A stretch of DNA of 64,000 nucleotides from positions 13,569 through 77,568 of the forward strand of contig CAIJXB010000061.1 of assembly GCA_903824495.1 (NCBI GenBank), written 5' to 3'. The notes under the pieces are model-generated. The model saw nothing but the letters and a program-made list of their open reading frames with translations. It had not been told where the DNA came from and ran no database searches. The DNA is from an uncultured Chlamydiae bacterium (GTDB taxonomy: Bacteria; Chlamydiota; Chlamydiia; Chlamydiales; Rhabdochlamydiaceae). Both the position numbers and the translations under genes were made by a program. Within the stretch, counting starts at the first letter, position 1. Every line of letters begins with the position of its first letter. This document shows, in pieces, positions 36,217-45,044 of the stretch.

Positions 36217-36564
36217 TTGGAGAATATCATGAAGAAGTTGTTATTATTACCAGCTCTTTGCCTGATGGCCACATCATGCTGTGGAGATTCAAAGGATAGC
36301 TATGGAAATTCCAATCACATGGCATCTAACTCAAACCAATCAGCGGATTGGGAAATCACAACAAAAGTCAAAGGAAGCATTATGTCATCCGGCGACTCTT
36401 TATCAACCAGTGCCCGTATGGTATCAGTTAATACAACTGATGGCGTAGTTACCTTAACAGGAACTGTTGCTACCAGAGAAGAAATGAACAAAGTTGTTAA
36501 AATCGCGAAAAACGTTTCTGGCGTAAAAAGCGTTGATAACCAACTTTCCATATCAGACTCTTAA
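36217..36564 (+). CDS. BON-domain lipoprotein (OsmY-like)
   Basis: It has a signal/lipobox-like segment (LLPALCLMATSCCG) and the BON motif VSVNTTDGVVTLTGTVATREEMNKVVKIAKNVSGVKSVDNQL. Confidence 0.8.
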   Translation: MENIMKKLLLLPALCLMATSCCGDSKDSYGNSNHMASNSNQSADWEITTKVKGSIMSSGDSLSTSARMVSVNTTDGVVTLTGTVATREEMNKVVKIAKNVSGVKSVDNQLSISDS

Positions 36565-36580
36565 GTTTCTTAGTTCATCT

Positions 36581-36601
36581 AAGTGGGATAATCTCCCACT
36601 T
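36581..36601. terminator. Hairpin between convergent genes (weak terminator candidate)
   Basis: An 8-bp stem (aagtggga / tcccactt) with a 5-nt loop and no clear U-tract. Confidence 0.35.
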
Positions 36602-36624
36602 GGATGACTATTTGCTTTTTACCC

Positions 36625-36825
36625 TTAAAAAGTTCCTTCTTCTTTTCTCTTTTTCGTTTCTTCTGGACTGAGAGCCTCTTCTTGCTCGTAATATTGATAA
36701 TCTTCAGTGTCACCTCTTTTATCTTCCGGTGTCATGAATGGTATTTCAGGCCCTTTTTTCACATCATCATCAAAATTAAGAGGCTTGGGACCCTCGGATT
36801 TTTCTTCCTTTTTTTTATGAGACAT
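36625..36825 (-). CDS. Small, highly charged hypothetical protein (66 aa)
   Basis: A strong GGGAGAG SD lies 5 nt before the ATG. The sequence is K/E/D-rich. The competing plus-strand ORF (36604-36843) is a Phe-rich mirror image. Confidence 0.45.
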   Translation of the reverse strand: MSHKKKEEKSEGPKPLNFDDDVKKGPEIPFMTPEDKRGDTEDYQYYEQEEALSPEETKKRKEEGTF

Positions 36826-37008
36826 ATCACTCTCCCTGTTTAGTTTTAAGATAAGATCCTACTTTTTTGTAATGTAGGATAAATGATTATTTATGGCAAC
36901 GAAAGAGGATACTATCATCAATAAAGCCATGCCATTACAGCAAAAAAAACATCTACAACACAAAGCCCTCTCCTGTTATCTTCTTGCTGATTTTTAAAAA
37001 GGCTATCT

Positions 37009-37548
37009 ATGACATCTACTATTACACTCTCTACAAGACTGCCTTCTGGAGAAGGTCACGAAACGATCATTAGATCTAAAAACTTCAAAACCAAAGACAA
37101 CTTTGCAAACTACGCACTAAACATTCTAAGCAAACAACACAATCTATCACCTGATAGCCTTAGAGTTTTTAAGACCTACTTAACCTCTCGATGTGATCGC
37201 ATTACTTACTGCCTGTCTACAGATCCAGGAATCTCTTATATAGAAAAAAGTGAACCCTTTTTTATCCCAATAGAAATTCCTGAAATCCAAGAAACAGCTA
37301 AGAAAGTGTGTAAAGCGGTATCTACAGCTCGAGACCTTTCAGAAAAAATGCAAGTGTTCAATTTTGCAAAAGCTAATAAGAGCACAGATTTTGTATTGAA
37401 AGCTTTTTTTCATTCAAGCGACTTTGAAACAATCACCCTCGAATCAATCACTCCCAATATAAAAACAACATACTCAACGCTTCTCTCTAGCGACGATTCA
37501 GATGACGGTGAGCTTTCTTCCGAAGACGATGACACTGTCTTAGTATAG
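37009..37548 (+). CDS. Hypothetical protein with an acidic Ser/Asp C-terminal tail
   Basis: A 179-aa ORF ending LLSSDDSDDGELSSEDDDTVLV. No domain was recognised. Confidence 0.55.
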   Translation: MTSTITLSTRLPSGEGHETIIRSKNFKTKDNFANYALNILSKQHNLSPDSLRVFKTYLTSRCDRITYCLSTDPGISYIEKSEPFFIPIEIPEIQETAKKVCKAVSTARDLSEKMQVFNFAKANKSTDFVLKAFFHSSDFETITLESITPNIKTTYSTLLSSDDSDDGELSSEDDDTVLV

Positions 37549-37599
37549 AGGCCTAAAAAAGTCTCTTAAAAGTCCAGCAAGCTGCAGGACAATTCAGCG

Positions 37600-39315
37600 C
37601 TAGAGCACTCCAAGGCTAACCTTCACATACAAGATGTTATCTGAGAGCTCATACTGCTCTGTGAGAGGGAATCCAGCATCGAAGCTGATATTAAGATCCC
37701 AAGGTCCGTGGAACCGTATGCCAGCGCCTGCTGATGTAAGGTAGGCGGGAGATTGTTCGGAGCGAACATCGGAGTTGGTATAAACACCTCCGTGGTCCAC
37801 AAATCCCACAAGCTGAAACGCCTCTTTCCAAGACCTTTTCATGAAGTTGCAATAGGTATTTGGAACACCGGGTACTGGAGTTCGAAGCTCTAGCGTTCCA
37901 TAATAACCATTGTCTCCAAGTGCTACGGATAGAGGATAGCCGCGAACGGTCCCCATACCACCAACATAGATCTGCTCAGGGAGTGGAAGCTTATTGAAAG
38001 TGCCTTGGCCTGAAGCACTGAAAAAGAGATAGCAACTATAAGGAAGAGTTTGAATGCGGGTGTAGTCCATGTTAAGGATATAAAAGCGCCCTCCAGCTCC
38101 CTCTCTACTTGACTGAGGATCTACAGCGCTAGAGCCCCCTAAAAAATCAGGGATTCCGATAGAGCCAGAGATGTTAAACAGATTGCGCCCTTTACAAGAG
38201 TCAAAGTAATCAACCCTGCCTCCAAAAGAAACAACTCTCAATTTATCAAAAGATCCAGTAGAGCCCAAAACTTCGTTTTTAAGCTGCTTGTAATCGAAAG
38301 CGACAAAGATATCGGTGCTGAGCCTGCGAGAGCGATTTAGAGCCTGTCTAATCCTTCCTCCAGCAATCTGGCTCATCCCCTCTAAATTTAGCTCGGTCAT
38401 TTGCTGGACTTCAAAATGGGAATAAAGATAAGAAAGATCGAAATATAGACCCTTGGCATTAATTGGCGCCGAATAGGCTGTATTGATGTAGTAGAGATCT
38501 TTAGGAGGAGTACCTACAACACCTGTAACAGACAGTGTATCTCCGTTTGTCGATAAGTTACCAGCAGAGACTTTGGCGCCAACTCTTCCATACGTTGTGA
38601 CATTCGATCCCCACGTATTGTAGTCAGTATAGATGTGAACTGGGAGTTTATCTCGCACGACTAAAGAAAGATCTACTTCACCAAACCCCTTACCCTTTTT
38701 AAAAACAGCGCCGACTCCTAAATCTGTGTTTTCATTGACGAGAAGAAGAGCTCTCATGATGTCGTTATAGTTGACTGGGTTTCCTTTGAGTCCTGCAAAA
38801 TACTTGAGGATATACTTCGTCTTGTAATGGCGGTTGCCTGTCACCTCAATAGAGCTGAGCGTTCCTTCCACCACTCGGATGGTCAAGGTCCTATCATGGA
38901 TCTCTTGCACGGGAGGATAAACTCTAGTTAAGATAAAGCCGCGCTCTACATACTTTTGCTGCAGCTTAGCGCAAAGCTCTTTAACTTCTTTACCCGTTAT
39001 TTTTCTATCGAGATAAGGAAGGAGGACCTCATCGATCTCTTTTGCAGAAAGAGACTCATTGCCCTCAACCCTGATGTTTTCAATCTGAATAGAGGCGCCC
39101 TCTGGCATCGTAAACGTGTTTTCAGGAACATCGACTTCAAGCAGTGGCATGTCTTTATCAGGAGATAAATCTTGTGGAGAGTATTCTTTTTGAATTTCCT
39201 TCTCAACAACACCTGCAGCGCCAGAAGGAGGTCCCACAAACTCTGCAAAGCAAACGTTGGAGCTGAGCAAAGCTAGAAAAAGACCTCTTCCGATTATTTT
39301 TACTCCCTGCTGCAT
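37600..39315 (-). CDS. ShlB/FhaC/HecB-family two-partner-secretion transporter (TpsB)
   Basis: It has a signal peptide and POTRA segments (IENIRVEGNESLSAKEI...KYVERGFILTRVYPPVQEIHDRTLTIRVVEGTLSSIEVTGN...NYNDIMRALLLVNE). The C-terminal beta-barrel ends in alternating hydrophobics. Confidence 0.85.
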   Translation of the reverse strand: MQQGVKIIGRGLFLALLSSNVCFAEFVGPPSGAAGVVEKEIQKEYSPQDLSPDKDMPLLEVDVPENTFTMPEGASIQIENIRVEGNESLSAKEIDEVLLPYLDRKITGKEVKELCAKLQQKYVERGFILTRVYPPVQEIHDRTLTIRVVEGTLSSIEVTGNRHYKTKYILKYFAGLKGNPVNYNDIMRALLLVNENTDLGVGAVFKKGKGFGEVDLSLVVRDKLPVHIYTDYNTWGSNVTTYGRVGAKVSAGNLSTNGDTLSVTGVVGTPPKDLYYINTAYSAPINAKGLYFDLSYLYSHFEVQQMTELNLEGMSQIAGGRIRQALNRSRRLSTDIFVAFDYKQLKNEVLGSTGSFDKLRVVSFGGRVDYFDSCKGRNLFNISGSIGIPDFLGGSSAVDPQSSREGAGGRFYILNMDYTRIQTLPYSCYLFFSASGQGTFNKLPLPEQIYVGGMGTVRGYPLSVALGDNGYYGTLELRTPVPGVPNTYCNFMKRSWKEAFQLVGFVDHGGVYTNSDVRSEQSPAYLTSAGAGIRFHGPWDLNISFDAGFPLTEQYELSDNILYVKVSLGVL

Positions 39316-39385
39316 GGATCTCCTCTCACCTTAAAAAGACACTACTGTATCTATCAATTTCTTTTTTTGTTCAAGTGCATTTTCT

Positions 39386-40000
39386 TTAGAGGATCTCTAC
39401 AGCTCCTGTTTGTAAATTATAGTAAGCAGCCTGGATCTCGATCTTCCCTTCTTTCATGAGCTTTTGAAGAACTGGGTTCTTTACAAGCTCTTCTTTCATA
39501 TGGATGGCATTTTTTTTAATGGAAGCGCTTAAGATGTCTTTAGAGTTTTCTTTTTTCGCTTCATCAACAGATGGCTGAATGAGCTTTGCAACAGCTTCAA
39601 TGTCTTTTGTTGTTCCTTGAACAACTGCACCTACAGCTCCACAATTTTCATGTCCCATGACAAGGATAATAGAAGAGTGTAAATACACTGCTGCATACTC
39701 AACGCTTTCAAGCTCTAAAGGCCCTATAACATTGCCAGCAACGCGCACCACAAAAAGATCACCAACGCCTTGGTCAAAAAGAATTTCAGGGGCTACGCGA
39801 GAATCCGCGCATCCAACAATGACCGCAAAAGGTTCTTGTTTGGATATAACAGCATCTCGCCGCTCTGATGTACGATTAGGATGCTCTAACTTGTCCTGAA
39901 CATAGCGAGCGTTACCATCCATTAATTTTTTAAGATTTTCTCCTGCTGCTAGAGGAGAAATCAAAGAAGCGCAAAAAAGCGCTGTGAGTATATAAAACAT
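39386..40000 (-). CDS. Beta-class carbonic anhydrase with a signal peptide
   Basis: The zinc-ligand motifs GCADSRV and GHENCGAV are present. The N-terminus is MFYILTALFCASLISPLAAG. Confidence 0.9.
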   Translation of the reverse strand: MFYILTALFCASLISPLAAGENLKKLMDGNARYVQDKLEHPNRTSERRDAVISKQEPFAVIVGCADSRVAPEILFDQGVGDLFVVRVAGNVIGPLELESVEYAAVYLHSSIILVMGHENCGAVGAVVQGTTKDIEAVAKLIQPSVDEAKKENSKDILSASIKKNAIHMKEELVKNPVLQKLMKEGKIEIQAAYYNLQTGAVEIL

Positions 40001-40068
40001 AAAGCCATTTCCTTTGTTGAATACATAGTGTACTCATATAAGGAAATGGCTCAGTTAAGTAAAGTTTT

Positions 40069-40878
40069 TTAAGATTTTTTAGGTGGACTTTGCTTAGACC
40101 AGTAATCAGAGATCACTTGCTTCACTTGTTTTTTAAGCGGCAAGTTTGATTCTGGAAGGTTTTCAATCACAGATTGTGCCCATTGAAAATATTGGTCAAT
40201 TCGATCGCGACTCCAATTAGAAGGAGGATTTTTTGCGAGCGTCTCTAAATTGCTAAGCTTATCAGACAATTTAATGATCGCAACGCTTGGGGTCTGATGA
40301 AAAGCTGATCGAATTTGCTCTTTCTTCTGCTCTTTTAAAGAGATCCCTTTTGTCGTTGTCATTTCTGCAACGTAACTTGCAACGTTCTTGCCGTAGAGAC
40401 CGCTGATCTCTTTTTCTGTAGCAGAAGTGTCATCCAATACATCGTGCAAAAGTGCTGCGATAAGAACATCTTTGTCATACACGCCACCAATGCGAGCAAC
40501 ATGATCCGCAACTTCGATAGGATGGATGATATAAGGGGTCTTGTTGGCATTGCTTTTCACTTGAAGCTTGTGTTTTTCTGCAGAAAAAGCCACTGCGTCA
40601 AGGACTAGTTCCGCGTCTTTTTCACTGATTAATCCTTTAACAATCCCTTGTTTTAGGGAGCTTGAAAAGGCATCAAAACCGCCTAGAACATCTTCGTCCG
40701 AACGGGCGAGCTGTGCAAGAATTTCTTTAACTTTTTGTTCTTTTTGAGAGTATAGAGAAGCTTCTACAGCCTTCTGTTCCATAACCTGGGGAGATGATGA
40801 TAAAACTGTTGATAGGGAAGAGCTTGCCATCCAAGGGGATACACCCATCAGAAGCGAATAAAATATTTTATATAGCAT
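40069..40878 (-). CDS. RelA/SpoT-type HD hydrolase domain protein (small alarmone hydrolase / Mesh1-like) with a hydrophobic N-terminus
   Basis: AEKHKLQVKSNANKTPYIIHPIEVADHVA...IAALLHDVLDDTSATEKEISGLYGKNVASYVAEMT...IIKLSDKLSNLE matches the SpoT hydrolase-domain pattern. There is no synthetase domain. Confidence 0.78.
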   Translation of the reverse strand: MLYKIFYSLLMGVSPWMASSSLSTVLSSSPQVMEQKAVEASLYSQKEQKVKEILAQLARSDEDVLGGFDAFSSSLKQGIVKGLISEKDAELVLDAVAFSAEKHKLQVKSNANKTPYIIHPIEVADHVARIGGVYDKDVLIAALLHDVLDDTSATEKEISGLYGKNVASYVAEMTTTKGISLKEQKKEQIRSAFHQTPSVAIIKLSDKLSNLETLAKNPPSNWSRDRIDQYFQWAQSVIENLPESNLPLKKQVKQVISDYWSKQSPPKKS

Positions 40879-40952
40879 AAGATTAAACCTCGTTCATCTA
40901 ATGAATAAATCGAGATTATTTTACTCTATATTAAGGATATAATTCAAGTAGT

Positions 40953-41438
40953 TTAATTTTGATCGCCCTGAGCGAACAAGTCCTTAAATTGCTCTCTTAA
41001 AGAGGCTGGAACCACCTCTTCTACCCCTGATTTGTCATACATAAGGAAGTAGGTGCAAGCAATCATAATTCCAAGAGCAGGGCTGAGCATGGACAAAAGA
41101 AGAGCTATTCCACAAATGAAAGCGCGCTTGAACGAAAGCCATGCTTTTGTAAGCTTCGTTTGAAGAGGACCTGAAAATCCCCAAACGCAGAGTTTTAGAG
41201 CGAGAAAAAGTGCTGTTCTACAAACAGCATAGGCAAGCCACACAAGAGTGCATAAAAAAAGAACAAAGAAAAGAAGTCTAACACAAAGAAATGACAAAAG
41301 GGCGTCTTTTGAAAGAGTAGATTTCTTCTCTTCTTGAGGAGGAGCCGATTCATCTACAAAGGAAACTTCCGGCAAAAAACCTTGATTTGAAGACACTGTT
41401 TCACTTCCGTCTGTCTTAAAAATGTCAATAATCGCCAT
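40953..41438 (-). CDS. Hypothetical membrane protein (two long hydrophobic hairpin-like segments; Inc-like)
   Basis: The hydrophobic segments are LLSFLCVRLLFFVLFLCTLVWLAYAVCRTALFLALKLCVWGF and FICGIALLLSMLSPALGIMIACTYFLMY. Confidence 0.55.
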   Translation of the reverse strand: MAIIDIFKTDGSETVSSNQGFLPEVSFVDESAPPQEEKKSTLSKDALLSFLCVRLLFFVLFLCTLVWLAYAVCRTALFLALKLCVWGFSGPLQTKLTKAWLSFKRAFICGIALLLSMLSPALGIMIACTYFLMYDKSGVEEVVPASLREQFKDLFAQGDQN

Positions 41439-41444
41439 ATCACC

Positions 41445-42845
41445 CTATTTCTTGTGCTTTACCTTATTCATACCATTTAGAGCTGCTATCCGATACCCTT
41501 CAGCAAAGGTTGGATAGTTAAATACTTGATCGATGAAATAATCGATCTTCGCATTGAAGCTCATGGCTACTTGACCAATGTGAATCAATTCCGTAGCGGC
41601 TCTTCCTATGATATGTACGCCCAAAATCTCCAAAGTTTCCGCATGAAATAGAATTTTGAACATACCCGGATCATTGCCTATCATCTGATTTTTTGCAATT
41701 TCATAGTAATAGGCTCTTCCGATTTCGTAGCGAAAATCCAAAGACTTTAGTTGATCTTCAGTATAACCACACGAAGAAATTTCTGGAATCGTATAAATTC
41801 CGATCGGGTAGAAAGTGGGGAAGTGATGTGTGGGAGCGCCGAACGCATGACGCGCTGCAAGCCTTCCTTGTTCCATGCTAGTAGAAGCTAAAGAAGGGCC
41901 TCCAATCACATCGCCCGCTGCATAGACATGAGGCATTGCTGTTTGGAAAAGATCGTTCACAGGAATGAATCCTTGCTCATTCAAAGCAACTCCAATTTTC
42001 TCAATCTGCAAAGCTTCAACATTAGCTTCTCTTCCCAAAGCGTATAAAAGCATTTCTGTTTCCAAAACTGTGCCGTCTTTGAATGTCACTTTTACTTTAT
42101 CAGAAAGACGCTCGATGCTTGCCGGCTGCTGATTCCCTATTACTTTTAGGCCCAAAGCATTTAAGGCCTTTTGCAAATGCATCCCGATTTCTTGATCAAG
42201 TAGAGGCAGAAGACGGTCTCTTTTATCCACTACCGTTACCTCAGTTCCTAACGCTGCAAAAAAACTAGCATATTCACATCCAATGATCCCTCCCCCCAAC
42301 ACCATCATAGTGTCTGGGACATGATCAATCGAAAGAAGCCTTGTAGAATCCAAAACTCTTTGTTTATCAAAAGGCACATGAATGGGATTTCTTGGCTTAG
42401 ACCCTGTTGCAATCAAACAACTAGCAAAGGAGACTCTAAACTTCGGTTTATGTGAGGCATCTAAAACGAGTAAATGGTGGGGATTTTCAAATCTAGCAGC
42501 TCCTGTGATCAATCGAATACCATTTTTCTCAAACTGCCTCAAAAGAGCGCTTCTCATCTCTTCCAAGATCTTGTTGAGCCTAAAGTTCAAATCGTTGATC
42601 GATATCTTTTTGCAGCAGTCATTGCTTTGCCCATAAAAGCTTCTTTTGTAAAAGTCAGTAAGGTCCAAAATCGCTTCTCGAAGCGATTTCGAAGGGATCG
42701 TTCCCGAGTTGAGAGAAGCCCCGCCGGGCACCTCTTCCTTCTCTATAACCAGCACGCTTTTCCCAAGCTTTGAGGCCTGGATGGCCGCTTTTTGTCCTGC
42801 AGGACCTGATCCGATTACTACGTAATCTACCGAGAGCTCCTCCAC
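41445..42845 (-). CDS. sthA: Soluble pyridine nucleotide transhydrogenase-like flavoprotein (SthA / Lpd family)
   Basis: It has the dinucleotide fold VVIGSGPAGQKAAIQASKLGK. GGASLNSGTIPSKSL lacks the CxxxxC redox disulfide of Lpd, and the C-terminal dimerisation domain is present. Confidence 0.72.
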   Translation of the reverse strand: MEELSVDYVVIGSGPAGQKAAIQASKLGKSVLVIEKEEVPGGASLNSGTIPSKSLREAILDLTDFYKRSFYGQSNDCCKKISINDLNFRLNKILEEMRSALLRQFEKNGIRLITGAARFENPHHLLVLDASHKPKFRVSFASCLIATGSKPRNPIHVPFDKQRVLDSTRLLSIDHVPDTMMVLGGGIIGCEYASFFAALGTEVTVVDKRDRLLPLLDQEIGMHLQKALNALGLKVIGNQQPASIERLSDKVKVTFKDGTVLETEMLLYALGREANVEALQIEKIGVALNEQGFIPVNDLFQTAMPHVYAAGDVIGGPSLASTSMEQGRLAARHAFGAPTHHFPTFYPIGIYTIPEISSCGYTEDQLKSLDFRYEIGRAYYYEIAKNQMIGNDPGMFKILFHAETLEILGVHIIGRAATELIHIGQVAMSFNAKIDYFIDQVFNYPTFAEGYRIAALNGMNKVKHKK

Positions 42846-42952
42846 CCCTTCCCTCCAAAAATTAAAATTTAAACTTACACATCTAAATATTCTTGTTCAA
42901 TAACAAAGAACATGCTACTATGCTGCCCAACTTATAAAGCCGGAGTAAAGTC

Positions 42953-43228
42953 ATGTCTAAAAAGTGTCAAGTCACAGGAAAAGTCCCTGTTGTAGGAAAC
43001 AGTTATGCTCTTAGAGGGATTGCAAAAAAGAAGAAAGGTGTAGGCCTTAAAATCACAGGAATCACAAAGCGTCGTTTCCTTCCTAACCTCGTTAAAAAAC
43101 GTTTTTGGTTAGCGGAAGAAAACCGTTTTATCACCCTCAGACTCTCAACATCTGCTATGAGAACAATTGATAAAAATGGTCTTTCAGCTGTAGTTCGTGG
43201 AGTTCGCGCTTCAGGGCAAAAAGTTTAA
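42953..43228 (+). CDS. rpmB: 50S ribosomal protein L28
   Basis: [18 protein letters not shown]...[13 protein letters not shown] is canonical L28. Confidence 0.95.
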   Translation: MSKKCQVTGKVPVVGNSYALRGIAKKKKGVGLKITGITKRRFLPNLVKKRFWLAEENRFITLRLSTSAMRTIDKNGLSAVVRGVRASGQKV

Positions 43229-44216
43229 TTTCCCTAAAAGTCTATATACCCTTTCCATTAAAGCTTGTCTTTTGGGAGGGGTTTTTCTTTTTTTCAGCTG
43301 GATCCTTTTTTCTACCATCCACCCCCCTCTTCCCTCAGAAAAAGAACCTGTCCTTTTTTATTCTAACCAAACCTCCGACGATCTTAGAATCGTTTTTAAA
43401 AGAGCGATACAAAGCGCTCAAAAATCTCTTTTTATCCAAATGTATGGCTGCACGGACCCCCACCTTATCGATGAGATCAAAAAGGCATCAATTAAAGGCA
43501 CCAAGGTCCGTCTCTTTTATGACCCCTCAGGCTCTGGTGCCTTAAAAAAGAAACTCCCCTTTGCTTTTCCTCTTCCATGTAAAGGACTGATGCATAAAAA
43601 AATCGTGATTGCAGATGACGAGCTTGTATTTTTAGGATCTGCTAATTTCACACCCACATCACTGCGAATGCATGACAATTTAGTCATTGGTCTTTATCAA
43701 AAAGATCTCGCTCACTTTTTGCAGTCTTCAATGAATCATAACTTCAACTGTAAACTAGGTGATCAGCCGGCTGAATTTTGGCACTTGCCCGATTTCAAAC
43801 ATGAATGTCTTGAAAGAGTTTTAGGCTTAATCAATGAAGCAAAAAGCTCGATCCACATCGCTCTTTTTACATTCACTCACCCTCAAATCTTAAACGCCCT
43901 TATCAAAGCCAAAGAAAGAGGCGTAGCCCTTTATATAGCTATTGATTTTACATCCTCTTATGGAGCTAGCAAAAAAGCGATCGAAACTCTGCAAAAAAGA
44001 AAAATCTTTCCCTTGATAAGTCAAGGCGGCAAGCTCCTTCACCACAAATGGGCGCTGATTGATGAAAACACACTGCTCCTTGGCTCTGCCAATTGGACAG
44101 AGTCCGCATTTAGGTCCAATGAAGATTGTATCTTTATCTTGCATGACCTTAAACAGGATCAGAAAAAATATTTAAGAAGGTTATGGAAAGAAATCGAAAG
44201 AAATTCCAGCCACTGA
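43197..44216 (+). CDS. Phospholipase D-family (HKD) protein with an N-terminal TM segment
   Basis: There are two HKD motifs: [21 protein letters not shown] and [21 protein letters not shown]. The GTG start at 43197 overlaps rpmB by 32 nt, so the start is uncertain. Confidence 0.85.
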   Translation: MEFALQGKKFNFPKSLYTLSIKACLLGGVFLFFSWILFSTIHPPLPSEKEPVLFYSNQTSDDLRIVFKRAIQSAQKSLFIQMYGCTDPHLIDEIKKASIKGTKVRLFYDPSGSGALKKKLPFAFPLPCKGLMHKKIVIADDELVFLGSANFTPTSLRMHDNLVIGLYQKDLAHFLQSSMNHNFNCKLGDQPAEFWHLPDFKHECLERVLGLINEAKSSIHIALFTFTHPQILNALIKAKERGVALYIAIDFTSSYGASKKAIETLQKRKIFPLISQGGKLLHHKWALIDENTLLLGSANWTESAFRSNEDCIFILHDLKQDQKKYLRRLWKEIERNSSH

Positions 44217-44250
44217 TATACCAAGGACAAGCAAAAAAAGGATAAAATCT

Positions 44251-44868
44251 ATGGATACCTGGTTTAGCATTGCCTCTTTATCGTTCACTCTCTTTTTACT
44301 TATGGACTCCATTGGCAACATTCCTTTGTTCGTCTCGCTTCTAAAGGGTTTTAATCCAAAAACTCAAAAGAAGATCATTAGACGCGAGCTAGTGATTGCT
44401 CTTGCGATCATCATTGCGTTCCATTTTTTTGGGAAGGTCTTCATGGACCTCATCGACATTAAACAAGAAACGCTCCTCATTGCAGGTGGCATCATTTTAT
44501 TCTTAGTAGCCATTCATATGGTGTTCCCCTCTCCGACTTTTAAACAAACAGACACGACTCTTTCTACACAAAACCCCTTAATTGTACCACTGGCCACACC
44601 TCTAGTTGCAGGTCCTGCTGTTCTTGCTGCTGTCATGCTTTATTCAGAGCAAAAAACTCAGTTTGTAGCACTCACCTCAATTGTGATTGCATGGATCGCT
44701 TCCGTGTTTGTTTTAACAAGCGCCACTTACTTGAAAAAGTTCTTAGGAGATAGAGGCGTTCTAGCCTGCGAAAAGCTCATGGGGCTTCTTTTGACCTTGA
44801 TTGCCATCCAAATGTGCTTAAAAGGAATTACGCTCTATTCTTTGAGCTTGAAAGAGTTTTTGGGATAG
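44251..44868 (+). CDS. MarC-family (UPF0056) integral membrane protein
   Basis: A 205-aa multi-TM ORF with the N-terminal LLMDSIGNIPLFVSL motif. Confidence 0.82.
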   Translation: MDTWFSIASLSFTLFLLMDSIGNIPLFVSLLKGFNPKTQKKIIRRELVIALAIIIAFHFFGKVFMDLIDIKQETLLIAGGIILFLVAIHMVFPSPTFKQTDTTLSTQNPLIVPLATPLVAGPAVLAAVMLYSEQKTQFVALTSIVIAWIASVFVLTSATYLKKFLGDRGVLACEKLMGLLLTLIAIQMCLKGITLYSLSLKEFLG

Positions 44869-44892
44869 TTGAGCATCTTATACGGTTGATCC

Positions 44893-44933
44893 AACCTGCT
44901 CAAAAACACGAAAACAGCAGTTTTGAGCAGGTT
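44893..44933 (+). terminator. Rho-independent terminator candidate
   Basis: A 13-bp perfect stem (aacctgctcaaaa / ttttgagcaggtt) with a 15-nt loop, 25 nt after the stop at 44868. Confidence 0.65.
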
Positions 44934-45044
44934 AATTTTGCAACACACTTATAATAAGCATCATACAAAACACTCCCCCATTGATCCTTTAAAAAAAGCC
45001 CAAAATCCTCTATATTACCCCTAAAATTCAGGGACTCTTATCCA

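Noticed and set aside
36604-36843. A 79-aa plus-strand, Phe-rich hydrophobic ORF.
   Set aside because: It is the mirror image of the K/E-rich minus-strand ORF, which has a strong GGGAGAG SD. The plus ORF lacks a convincing RBS, so the minus frame is preferred. The choice is still uncertain.
42474-42858. ORFs 42474-42773 (+) and 42655-42858 (-) overlapping the 5' part of the sthA-like gene.
   Set aside because: The sthA frame carries the canonical FAD-binding GxGxxG fold there. The alternatives are low-complexity shadows.
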